Shown here piece by piece: positions 40,284 through 55,924 of a DNA stretch of 64,000 nt. This DNA is from Octopus sinensis (lineage: Eukaryota): assembly GCF_006345805.1 (NCBI RefSeq), contig NC_042997.1:57412001-57476000 (forward strand), written 5' to 3'. Each line of letters opens with the position of its first letter. Position 1 is the stretch's first letter. The translations under genes were made by a program, and so were the position numbers. The notes below the pieces were generated by a model that did not search any database, was not told the DNA's origin, and was given only the letters and a program-made list of their open reading frames with translations.

Positions 40284-43200
40284 TCATAAGAATATATCAA
40301 ACAAATTATAATTCCTTAGGCATCACAGCTAAATTTTAATTTCCAATAAGAAAATGAACTGAAACCTTACATGTGACTCGACTCATCATCAAAACAGTAG
40401 AAGCTTCCATTGTAATTGTTTTATTGACTTCAAAATTAAAAACTAGTTATTTAGAGTTTTTAACCTGAAAATACATCTAACTGAGCCATCTATTCTACAA
40501 GAAAATTTCATATATCTCCCTCAAATCATATCCAGTCATATCTTTACAAAGTAGGACACAATGGACAGTGAAGTCATAGATATTCAAAAAGACAGGTTGG
40601 TTATGGCTTTTTTTTTTTACAAAAAAAAAAAAAAGATCATCATTGATGATAAATCAGCAATGCTTGCTAAAAGTGCATTTATGAGCCTCTTAACATAAAT
40701 CATAAACAAATCTAGCTTCATAAAAGATTCAAGGCCATTCATAATGATCTCCTTATTTTGTTAGAAATGTGCCAAACAGTAGTATACTTCCATGTAAGAT
40801 ACTTATAAATATAGTAGGAAAGGAGTTCATTTTATGATACTTTATATGAGCAACAGCTGAGAGGAAGAGATTTGAGGGCAATCACAGTGTATGATTTAGT
40901 AACTTTATAACTAAAAGAGATTTGGCAAAGATAGGCTATTCTTTTGTGTTCAGAGGTGGAAGCAAAATCAGGAAGCAGTAGAGATTAATTGAACCCAGGA
41001 GACTTTCTCTCAATAGATTTAATAGCAGATAAACTAGATTATGGATATAATGTGTATTCGAACATACAGTGTGAACTTGTCTTTAGGAAAGTATTTATTC
41101 ATTTACAAAATTTGATTCTTCTGAAATATATCTATGAAAGGCATGACAGAAGGTGTCTAGTCAAAATATGACTGATGCAAGCAACAAAAAAAAAGAAAAG
41201 AAAAACATATTGGTGTGCATGAATAACTGCCTCCTTAACCAGAACATGATACACAATTTTGTTTTGTAATAAAAATTTGTTTAAAAATAAATAATTGGAA
41301 AAAATTCTACATTGAATCAAATCAAAATATATCTTAATAACATGAATTTTAGTTATTTAATTAAACAAAATGTTAACCCTCAAAATTAAACCATTAAAAA
41401 ATTTCCCATAGATAGTAAAATTAAGAATAACTACATGAATAAAAAACAAATTTAAAATAAATTTACACATTTCACATTACAATTTAATTATTAGTAGCAT
41501 ATGAAAAAAAATATGCACATAAAAATAGCTGTTTTCAAGCCATACTGTTACAATAGTTCTTAGCTTATATTACCTCATGTGAGTAGTTGTCATAGGGATA
41601 AAAGAAAAACATTACATAGTAAGTAGGTGGTTATATTTCACTCCTATGAGTATGATATCAATGTGTAGAGATAGAGGGTTAGGATAAACACATTCCAGAA
41701 CTAGTAATTAAAGAAGTATTGCCTAAAATGGCCAGTTCATCTAGTAGTCTGAAGGTAGGAAGAACAAGAGTATAAACAGTGGTTCAGCAACTGGCAGCAG
41801 TTAGGTGGGTATAGCTAGACTAAGCAGAAGAGAATTTTTCATGATAGAAGTAAATACATATAACAAATAACATAAAAATCATTTTAGGGGTCACTATTGG
41901 AAATCTAAAAGATTTCAATAAAACACACACACTAGGCATTGCCCCAAAGAAAATATATATATATATAAATATTAGAAACATGATATAGCAAAACATTCTT
42001 ACAACCTCATTACAACATATGATGTAGTGATTAAACAAGCAGTCGCGAAATCAAAATCCACTTTGCTGACAATGCTCTTTAGATGGCATTCTATTTTAAC
42101 TTTTCAACCAGTAAATAGTCAATAGAAACCTTTAGCACAAAAGTAATAAGCTTTCTCTCTTCCTCCTCCACAAAAAAAACATTGTAATAGCCAACAAGGA
42201 AGCCTCTTACACTGTAACTTGATATGCTAGAGACAGCAGCCAACTCTACCTCAAATCATATCCTACCGCCTAAAGAAAGATGCATTCCTAGAAATATCGC
42301 ATCTGAAAAAGATAAAAATAAAATACCCACAACTGGAATGCCTTTGATCATAGGTCTGTTTGATCATGGTTGACCTGATACTAAACAACATAGTAAATGC
42401 TTGAAAATACACAACTTATTCAGTTTCATTTATTATTTGAGAATCTCAATAAGCTAAATTAATCTACTGAATCTATCTTTTCAAAATAAATCTATCTTTT
42501 ACCAACAAATATATGAAGCTATTAATTAATTATGTATCGCAGGTGAAGGCTTCAAATTAACTAAAATTATACTGACTAGCAGGAAAACTACCCTAAATGC
42601 AGGCTTCGGATAGTCATTATGCTAAGGATACATACATACAAAGATACACACACAAACAAGCATAATTGCATAATTATCATTAAGAACACTGCTTTGCCAG
42701 CACGTGGCTTTGGGTATACACACGTGTATTTTTGTGTCACCCACCTTATCCTTTGACAACTGATATTAATTTGTTTACATCCCTGTAACTTGGCAGTCGA
42801 GCAAAAGAGACTAATTAGAATAAGTAACAGGCTTTAAAAAAAAGAAAAAAAACCTAAGTATTGGGGTCAATTTGTTCAAATAAAATCCTTTAAGGTGCTA
42901 CTCCAGCATAGCTAGTCTGTAACTAAAACAAGGTAAAAAGACCTATATACACACAGTGTGTGTGTGTGTGCATGCAGCGGGGGCTACAGGTTAAACTTAT
43001 AAAAACTGCTTTTCATCATCTTCCACCGGTACTTTCCATAATTTCAAAGACTGGTGTGTGCATGTATGAGTATTTATTATCTCAAATTAAATTATGCTTG
43101 TTGTTAAATAGTTCTAAATCAGTTATGGCTGAAAAACCAATGCAAAGCAATCTAGTTGTATCTAGGTTATTTGTAACTGTTCAATATAGTCTATATTTAA

Positions 43201-43539
43201 GAGTGTGACTTGTGAGAGTTTGACTATTATTTTCAGCGGGTTGAGTGACAATCGAGTTGTTGTGCATGCTTATTAAATTCTATGTCTGATGCTTTTAAAA
43301 GTACTTCATGATAAGAACAGTTTTTGCAAAAGCTACAAAACATCTGTTCCATTATGTCACTATATAGATGCCAGTAAATTTAAAACATGTATAAATGTAA
43401 AATTATATAAAAACACAATAAACCTATATCATTAATTACTTTTTAATTAGGAATGAGATTTTTCTTCAATTTGTTATTCAACATTTTCTTCTGAATTAGT
43501 AAATGTGTGTATATAATATTATATATGCATATATATATA

Positions 43540-43599
<60 letters not shown>

Positions 43600-43699
43600 G
43601 GTACAGGACATCAGCAACTGTGTAAACAACATGAAGTATGAAAACAAACAAGTTAAATACGCAAACATCGAGAGAAAAATGGAAATCAGGGCAAGTAAC

Positions 43700-45290
43700 A
43701 CAGAGAATGACTCTTCATCAGTTGTCGGCTGTCTGCCATTTTTTATGATCAATTCCATTCCACTTCATATTCCTTTTTTGCAGCATCTTTGAATCTCAGT
43801 CTCGGTCTTCCATGGTTTCTTTTCCCCTTGCATAGTTGGGTGTAAAGGAGTTGTCTGGGGAATTGGCTGTTGTCCATCCTGTGGATGTATCCCAACCAAA
43901 GTAAATTTCCATCAATGATAATTTCAATCACAGCACACCGGAGGATCTCCTCATACCTGGTCTTATTAAACTGAGTGATATTCATAATTTGTCACAGCTG
44001 TCTCATCATATATACATGCAACTTGAGTTTTATAGAATGTCCAGACTTCAGCTCCGTACAGCAGAGGAGAAAGCACTACAACCTGGTATTCCTTACAGTT
44101 AACCTGTATAGAAATATGACTATTTTTCCACAGCCTCTCCTGTAGCCTGCTGAATGAAGCACTAGCTCAGCTCTATCTGACTTCCTGGTCCAGTTATGCA
44201 TTAGCTGAGATGGTGCTGCCTAGGCATTTGAATACTTTGCACTGGACCAGCCCTTCATGTCTAATAGTGATGTTTTCTTCCATTACAAAGGTAGGTAGGT
44301 TTTCCACAGGTTGGTACAGGTATTCGGTTTTTCTGATGTTAATCTTTAAGCTGAATTGTTGTGCAGCTCTGACAAGCTATCTACAAATTTCTGCATATTT
44401 TCAGCACTGGCAACCAGTACACTATCATCAGCAAAGAGCATCTCCCGTACAAGTATTTCATAGTGCATGTCTTTGCTTTATACTGTGCAAATTGAACAGA
44501 CCAGTATTATGCTGGGTCTAGACGTAAATCCCCTCACCTCCAACTCATACAAAGGCAACTTTCAACATTGCTGTGACATTGAGGGAGAACAGTGCTGAAG
44601 CAAATACACAACCTTGTTTAATTCTATTTGTCATCACAAACTCATATGAGGTATTACTATCTACATGCCAGCATTCCTTCATTCAAGGACCTGACCAAGT
44701 TGATGAACCTTCAAGAACATGTTTAAGAAGCCACCCAAAGTCCATCATGGGAGACTGTATTGAAAGCCTCTGTGAAGCCTAATAATACTACATACATAGA
44801 CATGTTCAGCTGAATGCATTTTTCTTGAATTTGGCAAAGACAGATGATTATGTCCACAGTACTTCTAATGCCTTGGAAACCACACTGAGTCTCAAATAAG
44901 ACATTTGGACAAATATATTCATTTAGTCTGTATAATAAAATATGAGCCAAGATCTTCTCAGCTACTGATAGAAGAGAGATTCCTCAATAGTTTTCATAGC
45001 TCACACTACAACCCTTTTTCAAGACTCAATACCACCATCTTTTCAGTCTTCTGGAACCGTTTCCATCTGGAGCTTAATGCTATACAGGCTTTCAATAAGC
45101 TTCAGTCCTCCATGCTTCCAGATTTCAGTTGGTATGTCACCTCTGCAAGGTGTTTTCATTTGTTTGATTGCATTATTGAATTCCTTTTAAGAAGGTTTGT
45201 CATCTAAGGATCAGATGGTTGGCTGTTGTGCAATCTTCTCAAGAGCAGTATAATTTACAATACCAATAACTTAACAGCTCAGCGAAAAAA
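43700..45290 (-). mobile_element. Decayed RTE-BovB-like LINE
   Basis: Peptides ETQCGFQGIRSTVDIIICLCQIQEKC..FTEAFNTVSHDGLW and LLWLGYIHRMDNSQFPRQLLY.QL..GKRNHGRPRLRFKD. Confidence 0.8.
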
Positions 45291-45304
45291 CCCATAGAAT
45301 AAAT

Positions 45305-45795
45305 ACCAGGGTTGTGCAGACTTTTAAGCTATCTCCTCAGAGGTCTAATTGGGCCTGTGGCACCAAACTAATGAGAGCTAAATAGCATGAGCATAATAAA
45401 TCTATAATGGCTATATGTCCCAGTGGTGTTCGATCAGAAGTTAAAGACAGATGAAAATTAATTCTGTAATGCAATCATTCTATTGTTTCAGTCCCAAGTG
45501 GAATTCCAACTGTTGGCCAATTTTCCCAAAGTTATCTCAATGGTAAATTAATGAAGTGAATGTCATTTAACTCCCCCCTTGATCTCTAACATCGCCAAGC
45601 TTTTCCTGCTTAGAATAGCAACTAAAATCCTTTTAAATCAGATCCTAATGTTGGCTGTTTGAGAACCAAATGAGGGGCAGATTTTCACTTCCAGGGTCGT
45701 CCTAATTCCAAAACAGTATAATATGTCTATGCAGAGCAAATACAGGCTGAGATACAGGAGTCCCCGATGGACAGAATTTTGTTTTTATTATATAC
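45305..45795 (+). mobile_element. Helentron/DINE-like non-autonomous element, copy 1
   Basis: Diverged direct paralog of 49550-50040 (ggtctaattgggcctgtggc, aattaattctgtaatgcaatcattct, gagatacaggagtccc). Confidence 0.6.
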
Positions 45796-48139
45796 ATATA
45801 TATATAATACATTAAAAGTCAGTTTCAATCTTGCCTTCTTATAATGTTAATCAGTGAAACTGGCGCATAATGGGAAAATAACATTAAATTTACCCTGAAA
45901 TGTTAATATGAATCGAATGAAACAACTTTCGCGTAAATCAGTTTTCAAGATATTAGAAATTTTCAGAGTATAAATACCCAAAATGATGCATAATGGGAAA
46001 ATGTTCCAAAAATAATCTTCCTCGAAGAAAAGAAACTTTTACCTTTCTATGAAACAGTGAGTTGACAACAAAAAAAAAGGTTGGTTTTCTTTTTTTTTTT
46101 TACAATTTCTATTTTCGCTTTTATTAAATAATATTTTAATCATTTAGAAATAATTTTTAAGTGAATGTGATTTCAAAAATGTAAGCTGTTTGTACAGTAA
46201 GTATGTATATTTTAGCTTTCTTTAAACAAACAATATTTTTATGTTTTTTAAAATTATTTTCAAGTGAATATCATTACAAAAATTTTTGGCATATTTAAAA
46301 AATATTTTAAAGTGAAAATGACTTTAAAATACGGTAAATATTTTATATATATATATATATATATAAATTAATAATAAATATTAGGGAATAAATCCAAACT
46401 TACAGGGAAAAGTGTGATATTAATTATATTTTTTTAATAATTTTGTTATATATTTAAATAATATAAATTAAATAATCTTATGTATTGGCTTAAGTTTTTC
46501 ATTGATTTGCCTAATAGTGGTTTTGTCTCTAATTTAATATTATATATATATAATCTACATATTATGAGGCCACTCAGTGATGGCCAAAATACATCAGTTG
46601 AGTATTAGACCTAAGACTTTAAATATCTATCTCAATCCTCAACTTCAACATGTAATGAGCTTCCGTTGGGTCTTTTTGTTTTTTCTCCTTGAAGTTAATA
46701 TTAATTGAAATTTCTGTAGGGAGACTTGAGGTGATAAAAAGGGAGCTTTCATACACACACACACCATATTTGATGGCCTATAAGTTGCATCTTTTTTACC
46801 CAAAAATGACTTTAAAAATCCCCCTGCATCCAATGCACTCAATGTAGGCTCAAAACTCGCCTACAGTATGTATATTTACAAAACATGCTGCCATCTATTG
46901 GTGAACAATCACCTACAGTATGTTTATATTGAATGTGGATGCAATAAATTGCTTATAATTACCGGTAATAACAAAGTTATACAGGTAAGTGGAGGAATTA
47001 AAACATTATTTTAGTGGCAATTTATTTTTAAAAAGTATGGTCTTAGCTAGGGTGCATTCTATGCACTCGTGCATCTTATAGACCATCAAACACAGTATAT
47101 AAATAAACACAATCATCATATGTTGTAATAATTTTTTCTCATGAAAAGGGAAACTGTTAGTACAATCTAGTCAAATAAGAAAAGAGACTGGTTGCCAAAA
47201 GTACTTTGTGAAAAATAAATAAAGTTACAAACTTCTCATTAGGCATACAGTAAATTTCACAGGAATATTTAATGCCTCTATTTTAAGAAAGCTGAACTCA
47301 TATGATCTCAATATTCAAATAAGTCAGCCTAAATATATTTATAATTCAAGTTTCCAGTTGTAGCTTTAAACACAGTCCTATAAAATTCTACATATTGAAA
47401 AGAACTGATGAAGTGTTGATATTCTTATTTGAAGAGAATACTTTATTAATATGTAATTAATATCAATCAAGCTACATAAAGAGCAAATGATGTAACTTAG
47501 TCACAATTAGCAGTAAGCACTGTTTAAGCATATATACTAATTATAGTTTAAAGTGTAAAAATTACATTACGCTCAATCACTTTTTCACTTGAAATGTCAA
47601 CTTACAGATGTTCAACATGAACATAAAATGTATTAAGCCCAACCAATCAAAGAGCTAAACCACAAAAAAATTAAAATTTCAGCGCAAATACTTTTTAAAT
47701 GTATTTCATGATGATGGAAAGTTATTTGGGGCCAGACACTTTGTGTTAGGAAGGTAGATTTCATAAACATAACGATACAAATGAGTAAGCCGTATGAACT
47801 TTTCTTCAATATTGATATTTCTAGTAGAGCTTTTCAAATTAAGACAGGTGAGTATGATAATACTGCAAAATTGATAAAGAAGCAACAGGAAAGAAACTAA
47901 AGAGCATGGCATACATTGAAGAATGCAAAGAACTTATATGTTGAACATTTGATTTCATTTTGTTCATTTGCAAAAATGTATTTGTCACTTGATCTAAATG
48001 GGCACTTTGTCTATGAATTTCATACTACATTATTTAAACAACATTGTACAACTTTCTAAGAAGCAGCCTAATGAATTTCCAGATTTATGATTTGATTAGC
48101 TTGTGTTTCCTCAAATAAAATTTTTAAGAATTATTCTTA

Positions 48140-48395
48140 ATAGCCCTGAGCCAACCAAAGTCTTGCGAGTAGATTTGATAGGAACTGAAAGAAGCCTACC
48201 ATTGTGTGTGTGTATTTTTATGTTTGTCCTCCACCAGTATTTGACAATGTTGGTTTGTTTACATCCCCATAACTTAACGCCTCAGCAAAAGAGACTGACA
48301 GAATAAGTACTATGGTTGATTCATTCAACTAAAACCTTTCAAGATGGTGCCTTAGCATTACAGCAGTCCAATGACTGAAACAAGATAACATAAAT
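48140..48395 (+). mobile_element. tRNA-SINE 3' portion
   Basis: caaccaaagtcttg..gatttg..ggaactgaaagaagcc..gtttacatcccc..cagcaaaagagactgacagaataagtac. Confidence 0.7.
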
Positions 48396-49549
48396 GCAAG
48401 CATTTTGGAGAGAATATTTCTAATATCCAGATATATGTCAACAATCTCTAGAGTCTGGGTCTCCAGCCAAACTGATTGCTGTTAATAATCAATCTGATGC
48501 CATATAATGGATTCCTCAGGATAAAATCCACCACCAGCAGATGTCTTAGATGTAGCAATAGAACCATTAAGAAAAGTCTCTTGGTACAACAAACATCATG
48601 AATGAATTCATAGAGTGGAGTGAGATGAATAACTCAAGAAATGCAATTGGTATAAAACAAAGGAAGACGCCCAACCATATGCTACATTTACCCATGGAGA
48701 GACCAGTGTGAGCCTCCCTTGAAAATCAAAAGTAGAGAGGTGAATGTGTAAGAGGCAAGGCAGACTTACCAAGAACTGGTGGAAGACTGAGCCCTGGTAG
48801 ATATGGATCTGGCCCAAGAGTAGACTCATGACAGCTAGCTACTTTTGAGAATGTAATCTGTCATAAACTTGCATTAAATCCAAATACATCTTACTGAATT
48901 TTTTAATACATAATCAGGAGCTATACATTAGTCCATTGAGCACCTAAGCATTCTGGGAAACATTTTTATTCAAGTCATGCCACCAATTAGAAAAATGTAT
49001 AAAATGACAAAAAAAATTTATTAGCATTCATAATAATACATTGATTAAACTAAATTGGATTTTTTATTGGTTTCAGTCAGATTGTGACCATACTTCAAGA
49101 GTTTAATCAGTTATATGAACATCAATATTTTGTCTGGTACTTAGTTCAAATCCTATCTGGATAAATTTTGCTTTCCCTCCTTCTGAGTTTGTTAACTGAG
49201 ATCACAAAGGGATGTAACAAACTACCACAATGTATTTTGATTGATGCTTTATTGAGTATCATGCTTATTGCCCATTATATCATGCATCATAATGTGAAAA
49301 GAGTATATATTTAAAAAGTCAAGCTTTATTTGTTGAATTGAACTGATAGTCTAAAATTGAGACTCAGAACTTAAGCAAGGCTAGCAGAAAATAGGAATGA
49401 AACAGTTAATTCCTTTAAGCCATACCTGCAGAATAGCCCATCATTCAATATAATACAAGTAACTTGAAATACCACTATGAAACCAAACTTCAAACTTTGT
49501 AAGAGATCCCAAAATCACAAAAACATTTTTACTCATAAAATCATTTAAT

Positions 49550-50040
49550 ACTAGTTTAAAAGCTGCACTCTCTGCAGACTTTTAAATTGGCTCTTGTGGA
49601 GGGTCTAATTGGGCCTGTGGCCTAAAACTAAAGAGAGCTGGATAGCACAACTACAATATGTCTATAATGACTATGTCCCAGTGGTTTTTGATCAGAGGTT
49701 AAGGACAGATAAAATTAATTCTGTAATGCAATCATTCTGTTTCTGATCACAACAAAATTAATGAAGTGAATGTCATTTATATCCCCCCTTGATCTCTAAC
49801 ATCATCTAACAAATGCCAACCAAGATGACATGAATCAGCCAAGCTTTTCCTACTAGAAATAACAACCCAAATGCTTTTAAATTAGATCCCAATGCTGGGT
49901 GTTCAAGAACCAAATGAAGGGCAAATTTTCAATCCTAGGATTCCTAATTCCAAAAAAGTATTATACAGCTATGTAGAGCAAATGTAGATTGAGATACAGG
50001 AGTCCCAGACAGACAGAATTTCGCATTTATTAATATAGAT
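49550..50040 (+). mobile_element. Helentron/DINE-like non-autonomous element, copy 2
   Basis: 5' actag, 3' acagacagaatttcgcatttattaatatagat. Confidence 0.65.
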
Positions 50041-50707
50041 GACACTATTGAGAATCAACAAATATAAAATGATATAAATATTAATATTTTCATCTTGATA
50101 TATGGTTATAGATCTAAATACAAAATTTCAATGGCTAGTCAACATAAAACAAACTCCAACTTTAGGCAAATGTTGTAAAATACAAAATATCCTAAAAGTA
50201 CTTCAACAGGCACCTAGGTATTAGAAGAATATACAAACATATAAGATAACAAATGCTATTTCTATGTTTCCTCTGAAGTTAAGCATAAAATACTAACTTC
50301 AAAATATTGAAGAACATGATCCTGGAATATAACATCCAACCTATTCAGAACTAAACTCAGTGTCCAACATCCCTAAATTGCCCTTGTGCCAGACATTATT
50401 TAACAAAAATAAAGCAGAGAAATCAGAAATACGGTTCACCAACTCATTGGATTCTGTCAAATCATCCAACTCAAGCCAGAATGGAAAATGGGCATTAAAT
50501 GATAAAGATGATGACCTAGAAACTAGACTGCCATGTACACAAAACATTAAAATTATTAATTTCATCAATTCAAATGCAAGACCAACCAAAAGTTTAAAAC
50601 TGATTACAAAACTTAATGAAATTTCTTTCTTTTACTGTCTATTAGTAATATGTTGAGTATGTTTGTGCAAATGATAGTGCATATTGTTTCTCATCAAATT
50701 ACAAATA

Positions 50708-51066
50708 TAGGCACAGGAGTGGCTGTGTAATAAGAAGCTTGTTTCTCAACCACATGGTTAAGATTTCAGTCCCACTGTGTGGAACCTTGGGCAAGTGTCT
50801 TCTACTATAGCCTTGAGTGGATTTGGTAAACAGAAACTGAAAGAGGTCCATCGTATATATATATGTATATATGTGTGTGGGTGTTTGTCCCCCCCCCCAT
50901 CACCACTTGACAACTGGTGTTGGTGTGTTTACATCCATGTAACTTATAGGTTCAGCAAAAGAGACCGACAGAATAAGTACCTGGCTTAAAAAGTACTGGA
51001 GTCAATTCATTTGGCTTCAAAGTGGTGCCCCAACATGATCACAGTCTAATGACTAAAACAAGTAAA
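50708..51066 (+). mobile_element. Near full-length tRNA-derived SINE
   Basis: aggcacaggagtggctgtg..ttcagtcccactg..accttgggcaagtgtcttctactatagcc..gactaaaacaagtaaaag. Confidence 0.85.
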
Positions 51067-52789
51067 AGGTGTAAAAAAAAAAAAAAAAAAACGTATATGC
51101 AAAGTATTACTCCTTAATAATAGCTATAAAATCTCAATTTAGCATTACAGAAAATGCTAAGATTTTAATCATAACTTTCAAAAGGGTATACTATCAAACT
51201 TCACTCAAATAATTGTAGGCTAGTTAAAACTTAAAATCACTATATATGGCAAACAAATCATTAGAAGACCTGGGTCCAAAGATTACCAGAAAGAGATATA
51301 GACCTGCATGTTTTTAATATTTATAATCTTTTAATCAAGGATTATATAACAAGATGCTTATTAGATTTCACTGTTAAGTAAATCCCAAACTCAAAAATTT
51401 ATGTGATTGCTGAAAGTTTTTCACATGACATACAATGCCATGTGAAAGAATGTCTTCTACTCAACATTACATTAAAAATTTTCAGTATATTAGACTTCTA
51501 ACTTGGACATGTATATAATCTTTTATTGTCAGTCCTTTGATTGATTTACAGATGGTACAGTTTTCTAAAAAGAAGTTTCCTGTGATTCTAAAGATTAAAT
51601 TTAATAGCAGTATGACTTGAACTTCTAACTTCAACAGTAATGAATTTAACATGTTCAAATGAGCTCCACAAGTTCTGCTAAGTTATAAGTGTCTTGATAC
51701 TAATTTGGCAAAGGAAAAGCTTTCAAACAAATAAACACCATTGTTAATGTTAATTAGAGAATGTGTATAAACAGAATTATTCATGCAGACTAAAAATACA
51801 TTGCAATATCTAGTTTAACGCCTTTTACATTCCAAGTTCAAATCACACAAAAGTTAACTTTACATTTTATCCTCTGAAGTCAATAAAGACAAACTATTAG
51901 CCAAGAAATAGGATTGCACTTAATTGACTATACCATCCCCCAAAATTTCTGACCACATGCTATACTAGAAAAAAAAATGTTAAAAATTCAATTACAGAAT
52001 ATAATTGAATATGGAAATTATATGCAGAATATAATTTGCATACCATTTACCATAAACAAAATAAATTTAAATGCAAGAGCCATGTAGGTGGATGTTGACC
52101 ATCTCCCAATGAAAGCAACACCCTCAAGTTATTAATAGGTGATCAACAAGCATGTGACCAGCACAAAATTTTTTATTTTTTAAGTAAAACACTGCCTTGA
52201 TTTGGTAAGGTTATGTAATATCAGTGACTAGTGTGACTCAGCCAGTGATTCAGAGACATCTAGACAGTTCTTAGGTAGCCAACCCACTAGATTCATTTAG
52301 ATGCCCTTACCAAAGAGAGTTCAGTAGGATCTCTAATATTAAAATGGAAATTATCAATTAATACTGAGTTCCACAGTGTAAAAGCTGGAAAGTATTGTCT
52401 CTGATAGTTGTTAAATTAGTAGAAAATGTGGAAACTACTGTAAAATAAAGGAAATTTCATGTCTTATAATTCCTGGTTGAAATCCTTTCATTATCCATTG
52501 TTAATAGCCTTGTAAAAAGAACACAATATCACTTTTCTTAAGTCATCAATATTTTTCAGCTTATTGATTACCATTCAAGGTCATACATAACTATCTTTCA
52601 AATGACTTTAATTGATAGGAATTAACTAGTTGTCTCATTTACAGTAACTATATCAATTTATAACTTACCTACTTATCATACTAACTGACAATGCTAATAA
52701 CAAATTTACTAACAGGAGTAATATCAAACGATCATACATTTTAGGATCATGTCTAAATAGTGTCATGAGGCATGGTCATGTATTAAAAA

Positions 52790-53165
52790 TAGGTACAGAC
52801 ATGGCTGTGTGTATGAAGTTTGCTTCATGGTTCCAGGTTCAATCCCACTGCATTGCACCTTGGGCAAGTATTTTCTACTGCAGCCTCACGCTGACCAAAA
52901 ATTTGAGTGGATTTGGTAGACAGTGTCTGAAAGAAGCCCAGTGTGTGTGTGTGTGTGTGTGCGTGCGCACGTGTGTTTGTACCCCCCCCCCCCCCCACTG
53001 CTTGACAACTGATGGCATTTTTACATCCCTGTCACTTAGCAGTTTGGCAAAAGAAACCAAGACAATAAATACTAGACTTTAACAAAAAAATACTGAGGTC
53101 AATTCATTCAACTAAACTTCTTCAAGGAATGCTCCAGCATGACTACTATCTAATGACAAACAAAA
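52790..53165 (+). mobile_element. Near full-length tRNA-derived SINE
   Basis: ggtacagacatggctgtgtg..ccaggttcaatcccactg..caccttgggcaagt.. Confidence 0.8.
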
Positions 53166-54418
53166 GATACCAAAATAACTAAAAAGCAATGCCAAATAAC
53201 TGGAAAAAAAAACTGCTGCTAAATTTCCTGTTTTTGATTTGTTCCGAAATCATCGCCTTTGTAGGAGTAAATTTGTTAAGTAGTGTATAGGATGCTTGAA
53301 TTTAGATTACATTTTAGTATCAAAATACTAATCAACCTGGCATGGCAGTCAAAACAGTAAGAAACTCTCGGAAAAGCTAACTCTCATAACTTGTATGAGT
53401 AAAATCAACTTGCTACCACATTAACTGCTTGACCACTGTCCTCTCTTTCTCAGCCCTGCTCCCCTCTATATATCAATCACTGTATTTACTTCCTTGTCTA
53501 CTTTGTGTCCCTACAGTATAACCTAGTACATTTTTCATTGCTGCTGACAAAACCAGAGTGGTAGAATGTTCTACTCCCAACAACTAAACTTATTAATACA
53601 TACAAACTATGTTCGTGTGATCAGAATTAATCTGACTTAATAAAATTAATGTAATAGCATGTTAATCATTTCCTCTTTTCTCATTACTTCATGCATTATG
53701 TATTTGCACATAAAATCATCAGTTTAAATTACTAGTGCAGTCTATTTAAAACTAGCTACTTAAAACAAGTATTGTACAAGAAATGAAGCCATTTCAAAAA
53801 CCAGTACACAATGAAGACACTAAATCTTAATTGAATGCATGTATGTGTACTACAAAATACTGTCACATCCACTGTGAGAACTAAACTAGCTTGTCATAAA
53901 ATCAGTATACAACTGGACCGATGCCTATTAAGGCTGGGAAAAATGAATCATAAGGAACTTTATAAAGGGAAAGCTGTTAACTATATCATGATTATTTTCA
54001 TAAATTCAAGTTAAATTCTGCTAGTCAATTTACTAACTAAAATGTAACAATTAAGAACTGTGGGGATAAAAAAGACAACACCACCATTTGCATTTAATAA
54101 TTTATGCAAAGTAATATTTACATTTATAACAAATTTCTAAAATGTATATTTGACAAACACAAAGTTTGCATGATTGAAAATATCCCTAAACTAATTTTTA
54201 ACCCCCAAAATAAACATTGGAATTGATAAATAAATCAACCGAAAAAAAAAAAAAATAATAACTATGGTCTGTAGTAAAATTAATTTTTCTATTTTACATA
54301 CATTGAGCAGCTGCAATTTGTATTTGAATGGCATTCTTATTTCATCTATAAAGATTAACTTTTGTAAGTTCTGATCTAATTACCACAATACTGCTCATTG
54401 CATTCGTTTTCAAATATA

Positions 54419-55254
54419 CCATAAAAATCCATGTAATTTATGCATTTTTTTTTGCAAAAATAAAAAACTTCAGGGGTGTGTAAATTATATGAGAAGATTG
54501 TTTCCAGAATTTTTTTAGAAATTTTTTTTTTTGCTGAAAAAGGACAAACAAAACGTAAACATTCATACTGGAAGTTGACTAAATGTCAGAATAGATTTTT
54601 ACAGAAAAAATAAGGGGTTAAAAATAATTAAGTTGACTTTTATTTAATATGGACGGTATAATGCTTAATTTTTCTGTATGAATTTACTAAAACCATTGAA
54701 TGGTTAATTACTCTTTGAAGTCTGACATTCTTACTGGTAATAACGGTCCATGCCATATTTTACATATTTTACTCAGATGATTAGTGTCATCCAAGCTGAT
54801 GTTTATTGGTAATTAAACTTAATTTTTAACACCTGTACGTATTTATCAGCTTTGTTTTTGTTGATAATTTTTATCAACAACTTTTCATCTGATCATAATT
54901 TGAGAAGACATACAGCAGTATGCTAATAATCAGACATAATCACTAGTGGGGCAAGAAATGTAAAATAAAGTTTATTATAAACAACACAAACACTTTGTAA
55001 TCTAATAGCTTTTAATATGATACCTGTTAAACAGAAATTATTTTTATTTTATGAAAATTTAATAAAATATAATTATAAGTGAAATTATGCTAAATACAAC
55101 TAAATTGAAAACCTTTTCCCTCTGACCATATCAGCAATTCTGAAAACTTTTGGGTGTAAATTTTACATTAGTCGAAGCTTTTTTTAACAATTTTTATCCT
55201 GAAAAATCACCTGCATAAATTACACCAGTGCACAAATTACATGGGGTTTTACAG
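54419..55254. mobile_element. pogo/Tc1-type MITE with TA target duplication
   Basis: ta|ccataaaaatccatgtaatttatgca ... tgcacaaattacatggggttttacag|ta imperfect TIRs. Confidence 0.55.
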
Positions 55255-55924
55255 TATGTCCAAAAACTACTAATACCCAAAGTATAGATAATAACTACCT
55301 TCTCTTTATCATTGATTTTTAGATCACTCTTCATATACATACCTCTACCATATAAAAATAATTCCTTTATTAGATCCCTAGTTTAAATATTTCCCACTTC
55401 ATAAGACATTGTTATAGCATTAAATGCCATTCATTTTAGATGGAGTTGGTTATCTTGTTCATATTATTGTTGGTTTATAGACGTTGGTGGATTGGTTATA
55501 GCAGTACTTGTATTGAATTTGGTGTTGGTGAAGGTTGATGTGTGTGTGTGTGTGTACACACAACAACCAACACCAAAGAACATTTGAATAACAAATTGGC
55601 AAAAACTAAAACAATATCAACAAGATAGCAATGACTGTAGCTACATATGTTGTATATTAACACAATGAGGGGAGAGAGAGAGAAAGAGAGAGAGCAGAGT
55701 GTGGAGTTTTTATGGTTTAAATCAGGGTTGCAAAGAGCCCACGAAACTGGTAATCCTCCAACTAGTTGTAATCAGACAGGACTAGCTCCCACATGACTCC
55801 ATCACCCTTTCAACTTCACATTTCCATTCTTTCGTCATAGAAAGGAGATAATTTTTTGGCTCTTGCAAACCTGTTCTTTCCTGGTGCTATTTTTTTTACC
55901 TGATATTTATTGTGAAGAATTGTT

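Noticed and set aside
50341-50656. Overlapping 82-aa and 98-aa ORFs as a possible upstream TENT4 exon
   Set aside because: No similarity to TENT4 N-terminal motifs and no convincing splice sites in the required phase.
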